Of a stretch of 64,000 nucleotides of DNA, positions 57,619-64,000 are shown piece by piece (position 1 is the stretch's first letter; the number at the start of each line of letters is the position of its first letter). Made by a program: the position numbers and the translations under genes. Origin of the DNA: Actinomycetota bacterium (GTDB taxonomy: Bacteria; Actinomycetota; Acidimicrobiia; Acidimicrobiales; JAMDDE01); contig JAMDDE010000009.1 of NCBI GenBank assembly GCA_023489235.1, positions 6,439 to 70,438 on the forward strand, written 5' to 3'. The notes beneath the pieces were generated by a model. That model saw nothing but the letters and a program-made list of their open reading frames with translations. It ran no database searches and was not told where the DNA came from.

Positions 57619-59558
57619 GCGAAAAAGAGGTGGTGAGTTCTCCTGAGGTAGCTTTGCCTGGCAGCGGGGTAGCAAAGGTCGCTCCGAACTACAAGTGGAT
57701 AGCCTTATCCAACACCACCCTTGGCGCATTGATGGCTAGTTTGAACGCCACCAGCTTGATAATTGCTCTACCGGTTATCTTCAGAGGCATCCATCTGAAT
57801 CCACTCAATCCTTCCAACTTCAACTATCTGCTTTGGATCTTGATGGGATACATGTTGGTAAGTGCGGTGTTCGTGGTCACCCTTGGGCGCATTGGCGACA
57901 TATTCGGGAGAGTCAAGATCTACAACCTCGGGTTCGTAGTGTTCACTGTAGGGGCTATACTGCTCTCGCTCACTCCGGGGACTGGCTCGACAGCCGCTCT
58001 CGAACTGGTCATTTTTCGCATGGTACAGGCAGTGGGAGGGGCAATGCTCATGGCCAACTCCGCTGCCATTCTTACCGATGCCTTTCCCTCTAACCAACTA
58101 GGCCTGGCTTTGGGAACGAACATGCTGGCAATGATGGCCGGTTCCTTTCTAGGGATCCTGGCAGGAGGTCTTCTGTCACAAGTAGGGTGGCGCTGGGTGT
58201 TCCTAGTCAATGTGCCCATTGGCATTGCCGGTACTATTTGGGCCTACTTGATGCTCAAAGAAATAGGAGTTCATATAAAGGCCAAGATTGATTGGCTAGG
58301 TAATCTTACATTTGCAGCTGGATTGGCTATGGTGCTGGTAGGGATAACCTATGGAATCAAGCCCTACGGTACTTCTTCCATGGGATGGGGCAACCCGTTC
58401 GTGCTTGCCATGATAGCTGGCGGCGTAGTTTTACTGGTGCTTTTCGTGGTCGTAGAGTTTCATGTAGAACAACCTATGTTCAAGATGGAACTCTTCAACA
58501 TCAGGCCTTTTGCCGCTGGTAACCTCGCTGGATTCTTGGGGGCAGTAGGTCGTGGTGGAATGCAGTTCATGCTGATCATCTGGTTCCAAGGCATCTGGCT
58601 TCCTCAGCATGGCTACTCCTTTACAGTGACGCCGTTGTGGGCAGGGATATTCATGATCCCATGGACATTGGGGTTTGTGGCTATGGGACCGTTGTCTGGA
58701 ACCCTTTCGGATCGCTACGGAGCCAGGCCGTTTGCCACCGGTGGCATGGTGTTGACTGCAATTGCCTACCTCTTGATGTTGCAGTTCCCTGCAAACTTCA
58801 ACTATCCTCTTTTTGCTGTCGTGTTAGCCTTGAGCGGATTGGCCATGGGCATGTTCGCCTCTCCTAATACCTCTGCCATCATGAACTCGGTACCGGCTCG
58901 GCATAGAGGGGCAGCTTCAGGCATGAGAGTTACCTTCATGAACAGCGGCATGCCTTTGTCCATTGGATTGTTCTTCACCTTGATGATCATTGGTCTCAAT
59001 GCCAAAGTGCCTCATGCCATGTTCGCCGGCTTGGTAGCCAATGGCATTCCTGCTGCCAAGGCGGCATCTATAGCTCACATGCCCGCGATAGGCTATCTCT
59101 TTGCTGCCTTTCTTGGTTACAACCCGTTGAAGACTCTGCTAGGTCCCAAGGTTCTCTCCGCGCTTCCTGCAGCTAAAGTAGCCCATCTGACCAGCAGGAG
59201 CTTTTTCCCTCAGCTGATATCACCCCCCTTCAAACACGGACTTAGCTATATACTTGTATTCGCCATCATCACTAGTCTGGTTGCTGCAGCAGCTTCCTGG
59301 ATGAGAGGCAAGAAGTTCATCCACGAGGAAGCTTTACAGCACAGCGCTGGTGGAGCTGCTATGGCCCATGCAGCACGGTTGGCTGCTGAACAAAGCGGAG
59401 GATCTTCCGAACCCTCTGATGAGCATGTAGTCGGAGAGCTCGTCGATAGGTTTGCTGGCTCAACTAGCCGAAATGGAGAGAGCGAGCTAGCAGTGGACAG
59501 AAGGAGTAGCCCAGACGAGGTGGTCTCCCCGAACTTGTCGATCAAAGAGGATACCTAG
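57615..59558 (+). CDS. MFS transporter (14-TM DHA2/EmrB-like)
   Basis: GRIGDIFGR, WRWVFLVNVPIG, SDRYGAR; ATGA overlap with marR. Confidence 0.92.
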   Translation: MSEKEVVSSPEVALPGSGVAKVAPNYKWIALSNTTLGALMASLNATSLIIALPVIFRGIHLNPLNPSNFNYLLWILMGYMLVSAVFVVTLGRIGDIFGRVKIYNLGFVVFTVGAILLSLTPGTGSTAALELVIFRMVQAVGGAMLMANSAAILTDAFPSNQLGLALGTNMLAMMAGSFLGILAGGLLSQVGWRWVFLVNVPIGIAGTIWAYLMLKEIGVHIKAKIDWLGNLTFAAGLAMVLVGITYGIKPYGTSSMGWGNPFVLAMIAGGVVLLVLFVVVEFHVEQPMFKMELFNIRPFAAGNLAGFLGAVGRGGMQFMLIIWFQGIWLPQHGYSFTVTPLWAGIFMIPWTLGFVAMGPLSGTLSDRYGARPFATGGMVLTAIAYLLMLQFPANFNYPLFAVVLALSGLAMGMFASPNTSAIMNSVPARHRGAASGMRVTFMNSGMPLSIGLFFTLMIIGLNAKVPHAMFAGLVANGIPAAKAASIAHMPAIGYLFAAFLGYNPLKTLLGPKVLSALPAAKVAHLTSRSFFPQLISPPFKHGLSYILVFAIITSLVAAAASWMRGKKFIHEEALQHSAGGAAMAHAARLAAEQSGGSSEPSDEHVVGELVDRFAGSTSRNGESELAVDRRSSPDEVVSPNLSIKEDT

Positions 59559-59565
59559 CTCAGTC

Positions 59566-60528
59566 ATGGCTTATACCTTGGTAACCAGGAGGCTTTTGCC
59601 CGGCAGTCTCGATCCTTTGTCCCACTATGAACTGAAGGTAAACGACAGCGATCGCCCTCTCTCTCATGACCAACTGCTCGAACAGGTACAAGGAGCCAAT
59701 GCATTAATTTGCCTGCCAGGAGATCTCGTTGATGCTGAGGTGATAGAGGCAGGGACTACGCTTTCGGTCATCGCTACCGTGTCCGTGGGGTTCGACCATA
59801 TAGACCTCTCTGCAGCTAGTCGCTCTGGTATCCCAGTCTGTCATACCCCGGATGTGCTGGATGAGGCAACCGCAGATCTAGCCTTTGGACTCATAATAGC
59901 CGCTGCCAGGCGCATGGGAGAGGCAGAGCGAGATCTTCGCTCTCTTTCTTGGCAGGGATGGGCTGTCGACCAATACCTGGGGTTGGAACTGAACGGAGCA
60001 ACCTTGGGGATAGTTGGATTCGGACGGATAGGTAAGGCGGTGGCGAGGAGAGCCCTGGGCTTCGGTATGCAAGTCATCCATCACAGCAGGCACCCGAGCG
60101 GGGAGGCGGGTTACTTCCCTGATTTGGATCAAATGTTGAGCATCTCCGATGTAGTGAGTCTGCACGTTCCCTTGACTGAAGAGACGCGACATCTGATCGA
60201 TGCTCGTAGGTTGGCATTGATGAAGGATACCGCAGTTCTTGTGAACACATCGCGGGGGGCAGTGGTGGACGAAGAGGCCCTTGCCGATGCCTTGACAGAA
60301 GGGAGGATATTCGCTGCTGGGATAGACGTCTACGAACAGGAGCCCAGCGTTCATCCCAAGTTGCTCTCTGCACCCCGAGCTGTACTCTTGCCCCATATCG
60401 GCAGTGCTACAACGGCTACCCGCACGGCAATGGCTTCGAGGGCAGTTGCTGATGTGAAAGCTGTCCTCGAAGGACGGCGCCCGATCTATTTGCTCAACCC
60501 TGAGGTGTTCGCAGGAGGTGGTAGTTAG
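59566..60528 (+). CDS. D-2-hydroxyacid dehydrogenase (glyoxylate reductase/D-glycerate dehydrogenase)
   Basis: VGFDHID, GFGRIG, NTSRG, DVYEQEP, PHIGSAT. Confidence 0.93.
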   Translation: MAYTLVTRRLLPGSLDPLSHYELKVNDSDRPLSHDQLLEQVQGANALICLPGDLVDAEVIEAGTTLSVIATVSVGFDHIDLSAASRSGIPVCHTPDVLDEATADLAFGLIIAAARRMGEAERDLRSLSWQGWAVDQYLGLELNGATLGIVGFGRIGKAVARRALGFGMQVIHHSRHPSGEAGYFPDLDQMLSISDVVSLHVPLTEETRHLIDARRLALMKDTAVLVNTSRGAVVDEEALADALTEGRIFAAGIDVYEQEPSVHPKLLSAPRAVLLPHIGSATTATRTAMASRAVADVKAVLEGRRPIYLLNPEVFAGGGS

Positions 60529-60546
60529 GGTATGTCTGGCAAGTGA

Positions 60547-60590
60547 ATCGATTGTGAGTAAATACTCTTGAGTGAATACTCACAATCAAT
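60547..60590. promoter_or_regulatory. Nested palindromic operator candidate
   Basis: GATTGTGAGTA...TACTCACAATC inverted repeat enclosing two TGAGT[AG]AATACTC units. Confidence 0.55.
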
Positions 60591-60804
60591 GTTAGGCTAA
60601 TGATATATCTATCCCTTGTTGAATATCACGATTATGTGGCATGTAAGTTATCCAGGCAAAGGAGATATTACAACTAGTGACCACAGATAAAACAAGGTCA
60701 AGCTAAGATATCGATTGGTGGTTCATTTCGTTCAATGGCGGTGTTGGTCGTATTTTATAAGATAAGTACTATAACTAATATTGTTTTGATCAGAGCTAGT
60801 TAGC

Positions 60805-62181
60805 ATGGGCAAGATGAGAGGATTACCAGTGCGCAGAGGAAGTAATAGTCTTGGCTTTCGTAGTTGCTCTGGGCGACCTATGGTTAGTTTAATAGCTGTA
60901 CTCAGTATCGGAATACTGCTCAGTGCTTGCTCGAATGCCAAGGCAGTTTACTCCAAAAGTGGGAACACCAATGGCGTCTATCCCCATAAAATCGTAGTAG
61001 GTGCTTTAGCTTCGTTAACCGGACCTGTACCAGCTGCATTTGCTCCAGCAATTGATGGAGCAAAGGCTTACTTTGACATGATCAATGCTCGAGGGGGAGT
61101 GGATGGGCGTCACATCGATCTCGCCTATGTATTGGATGATGCCTCCAACCCAGCTCAGGATACCGACCAAGCAAGGACCTTGGTGGAACAGGATCATGTA
61201 TTTGCAGTTGTGCCTGTAGCTACACCAAGCTTTTCCGGAGCCACCTACCTAACCTCCCACGATGTTCCCACTTTTGGGTATGCGGTGACATCTCAGTGGG
61301 ATGGACCGAAGAATTTGTTTGCTTATGACGGCTATGTAAACTTCAGTTATCCCGACCCGGACTATGCTTTTGTCGCTCAGCAATTGGGAGATCATCGAGC
61401 TGCTGTAGTGGCCTATGACATAAGCAGCTCAGTGACCGCCTGTAACGCAGTGGTGGCTGCACTACGCAAGTTTGGTATCGACGTGGTCTACGAGAACCTA
61501 GCCATCCCTGTGCCGGCTTCAGGTCTCACCGCTGCCGTTCAACGGATGAAACAGGATGGGGTTGATTACATAGCTAGCTGTATGGATATTAGTGGCGACA
61601 TACAACTAGCCCATAAACTTGCCCAGGCAGGCATATCTAACATACCTCAGCTCTGGCTGGACGGTTACAGTGTGAGTGCAGTGCATACTTACGGCAGCCT
61701 GATGAACGATGTATATGTATTCAACTCCAATGTTCCCTTCGAGGCAGCCGCTGAGTATCCAGGAATGGCTGCCTACATCAACACTTTGCACAAGTACTTC
61801 CCCACTGCCAGACCTAGTGAGGTGTCGCTGGCTGGTTGGGCAAGTGCCGACCTCTTTGTCCAAGGTCTTCGTGCTATCGGGAGGGATGTTACTCGTACCA
61901 GATTGATCTCAGCTATCAACAACATGACCGACTTTACTGCGAACGGAATACTTCCCCCGGTCAACTGGAAGTACAACCACTCAGGTGAGGCAGGTTGGGA
62001 GTGCAACTCCTTCCTCAAAGCAGTTGATGGTCATTTCCATCCCGTTTTTGGCTCGAGTTCTCCGAGGGGTAGGTCGGTATTCACCTGCTTCGACATGCCT
62101 CAGCCGGCGACCAATAAGCTTGTCCCCATTCCTCTTCCTCCAGGTGTGCCGTTGGCCTCCACTTCAGGTTCAACTGGGTGA
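60805..62181 (+). CDS. ABC transporter substrate-binding lipoprotein (LivJ-like)
   Basis: Lipobox LSAC; INARGGVDGRHI, DD..P and LVEQDHVFAV motifs. Confidence 0.88.
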   Translation: MGKMRGLPVRRGSNSLGFRSCSGRPMVSLIAVLSIGILLSACSNAKAVYSKSGNTNGVYPHKIVVGALASLTGPVPAAFAPAIDGAKAYFDMINARGGVDGRHIDLAYVLDDASNPAQDTDQARTLVEQDHVFAVVPVATPSFSGATYLTSHDVPTFGYAVTSQWDGPKNLFAYDGYVNFSYPDPDYAFVAQQLGDHRAAVVAYDISSSVTACNAVVAALRKFGIDVVYENLAIPVPASGLTAAVQRMKQDGVDYIASCMDISGDIQLAHKLAQAGISNIPQLWLDGYSVSAVHTYGSLMNDVYVFNSNVPFEAAAEYPGMAAYINTLHKYFPTARPSEVSLAGWASADLFVQGLRAIGRDVTRTRLISAINNMTDFTANGILPPVNWKYNHSGEAGWECNSFLKAVDGHFHPVFGSSSPRGRSVFTCFDMPQPATNKLVPIPLPPGVPLASTSGSTG

Positions 62182-62263
62182 GGGTTGCCTTGTCGATCAA
62201 GGTTGCGTTGTTGTTCCAGAGATTTTCCCTTGAGGAAGTCAACTGCGCAAGGAGGTGCTGGAT

Positions 62264-64000
62264 ATGCCCCAGATAGTTGTGTACGGGTTGCCGGGAATCC
62301 CTCTCGGATGCATATTCGCACTAATTGCAGTAGGTCTTGTGCTGGCTTACACGACCTCTGGGGTATTTAACCTAGCCTTTGGTGCCGAAGCTTATGCCGC
62401 TGCGCTGTTGTTCTACGTAGCGGTACATGCAGGGTGGCCGAAGTGGGCTGCTTTTGTTGTATCCGTTGTGCTGTTCGGCCCAGCGCTCGGTTTGGCCATG
62501 GATAGGTATTTGTTCCGTCACATACGTACCGCATCTACCTTGGCCAAGCTCATTGCCAGCCTTGGCTTGCTGATAGCTATTCCACGTCTTACCGAGGTCA
62601 TCTTCGGCAATGCTGTGCGGATGGCTCCTCCTAGCTTGATATTGAATCCAAATCATATCTACTTCCACCTCGGCTCTTATGCCGTCAGCGGCATAGAAAT
62701 CTCCACTGTCGGAGTTACAACAGCAGCATTGATCGTGTTGATTGGTTTGTTTGGGTTCACCCAACTTGGCCTGAGGATGCGTGCCGTAGTGGAAAGCCCT
62801 CGCATGGTCCAGCTAACGGGGATCAACGCGGATCGGGTATCCATGGTTGCATGGGTGATATCAGGAGCATTCGCCAGTTTGGCTGGAGTGCTTCTTGCAC
62901 CGCTCTATGCTCAACTGCTCGACTACAACTTTACAGGCTTGCTTGTTTCGGGTATAGCTGCAGCTGCAATAGGTGGATTCACTAGCTTGCCACTGGCATT
63001 TGCCGGAGGTATTGGCTTAGGGGTCATCCAAGAGATACTAGGAGGGTACCTCCCATCTGGAAGCATCCTCTCCAGTGGGCTCCAAGATGCATTTCCCTTC
63101 CTTGTACTGGTAGTAATGCTTGTCGCTCTTCCTTCTCTCAAGCGAGAGCATGAAACTAATGATCCGTTGGCCAGTTGTGATCCGCCTCCACCTCCACTTG
63201 CATCGACGTTACGCAACCAGTCCTTTGATCGCTGGACACGTTATGCCTCTTGGACCATCCTGTTTATCTTCGTTCTCTCGGTTGTCACTTGGATACCGGG
63301 CAACTGGGTTTTCACTCTTTCTCAAGGCATGGTGTTCTCGATCATCTTTTTGTCGATCACTTTACTTACCGGGATGAGCGGCCAACTTTCCCTGGCTCAG
63401 GCTACTTTTGCTGGGGTAGGAGCCTTTGCTGCAGGTCAGTTGGCAGATCATTTTGGACTCTCTGTCATAGCAGGTATGTTCGTAGGGGGATTGCTGGCAG
63501 CTGCAGTGGGCATCATAGTAGCAATTCCGACGCTGCGAATGGGTACCCTGGCCTTGGCGTTGGGTACCTTTGCACTTGCTTTGTTGGTCGGCAGTGTGGT
63601 GTTCCCCTATTCATGGGCTGGCAACGGCAACAGTGGGATAAGTGTTCCCAGACCTCTCATAGGACCGGTCAGCTTTCAAGACGACAGAGCATTCTTCCTT
63701 TTGTCATTAGTGATCTTGGTGCTGTGCTCTTTAGTGATCATTATGATTCGTAGAGGCATGGTGGGTCGCTCACTCCTGGCACTGCGATCTAGCGAGGTAG
63801 CAGCCTCGACTATAGGCATTGATGTGAGACGTTTGAAGATAATGGTGTTTGCACTCTCCTCTGGCATAGCCGGGATTGGAGGTGCCTTGTTTGCCTCTCT
63901 CCAGCAGTCGGTTTCTCCTGCAGATTTCTCCTACGATCTGTCCTTGCTATTCGTCGTAGTGGTAGTCACGGCTGGAGTGCGGACAGTGGAAGGGGCCATA
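62264..64000 (+). CDS. Fused LivH/LivM-type ABC permease (partial, runs off the window; absent from the ORF track)
   Basis: GGAGG RBS; MPQIVVYG...ALIAVGLVLAYTTSGVFNLAFGA; GLRMRAV; SGQLSLAQA; LALRSSEVAA. Confidence 0.88.
   Translation, partial: MPQIVVYGLPGIPLGCIFALIAVGLVLAYTTSGVFNLAFGAEAYAAALLFYVAVHAGWPKWAAFVVSVVLFGPALGLAMDRYLFRHIRTASTLAKLIASLGLLIAIPRLTEVIFGNAVRMAPPSLILNPNHIYFHLGSYAVSGIEISTVGVTTAALIVLIGLFGFTQLGLRMRAVVESPRMVQLTGINADRVSMVAWVISGAFASLAGVLLAPLYAQLLDYNFTGLLVSGIAAAAIGGFTSLPLAFAGGIGLGVIQEILGGYLPSGSILSSGLQDAFPFLVLVVMLVALPSLKREHETNDPLASCDPPPPPLASTLRNQSFDRWTRYASWTILFIFVLSVVTWIPGNWVFTLSQGMVFSIIFLSITLLTGMSGQLSLAQATFAGVGAFAAGQLADHFGLSVIAGMFVGGLLAAAVGIIVAIPTLRMGTLALALGTFALALLVGSVVFPYSWAGNGNSGISVPRPLIGPVSFQDDRAFFLLSLVILVLCSLVIIMIRRGMVGRSLLALRSSEVAASTIGIDVRRLKIMVFALSSGIAGIGGALFASLQQSVSPADFSYDLSLLFVVVVVTAGVRTVEGAI

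Overview
Core chromosomal segment of an actinobacterium, most likely class Acidimicrobiia. This is inferred from the Bpa proteasome activator, polA-rpsA synteny, GYW..FGDA cell-surface repeats, a System I ccm operon and GC in the low-50s % by eye. Contents in order: PAS-GGDEF-EAL protein; orphan split cytochrome b6/subunit-IV-like pair; pgi; an RpiB-degenerate transaldolase fusion; polA; rpsA; a four-gene glycosylation cluster; acs; tRNA-Leu(TAG); clpP; SpoIID/LytB protein; 1-Cys peroxiredoxin; orn; bpa-dnaE; menE/B/A/H/D-tyrS; nfuA; fumC; yqgE; gmd; ccmABCDEF plus a TPR gene; DUF763; MarR-MFS; a 2-hydroxyacid dehydrogenase; and the start of a Liv-type ABC operon. I saw no mobile element, prophage or CRISPR array. 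The best leads are (1) the Rieske-less b6-like pair, (2) a GGA-rich, hairpin-bounded candidate sRNA near 25.5-25.9 kb, (3) coupled mini-ORFs filling the junctions of a ccm operon lacking ccmG/H, (4) the pseudo-transaldolase fusion, (5) a glycosyltransferase needing a non-canonical start codon, and (6) pervasive short tandem duplications. All family calls come from motif recognition, not from database searches.
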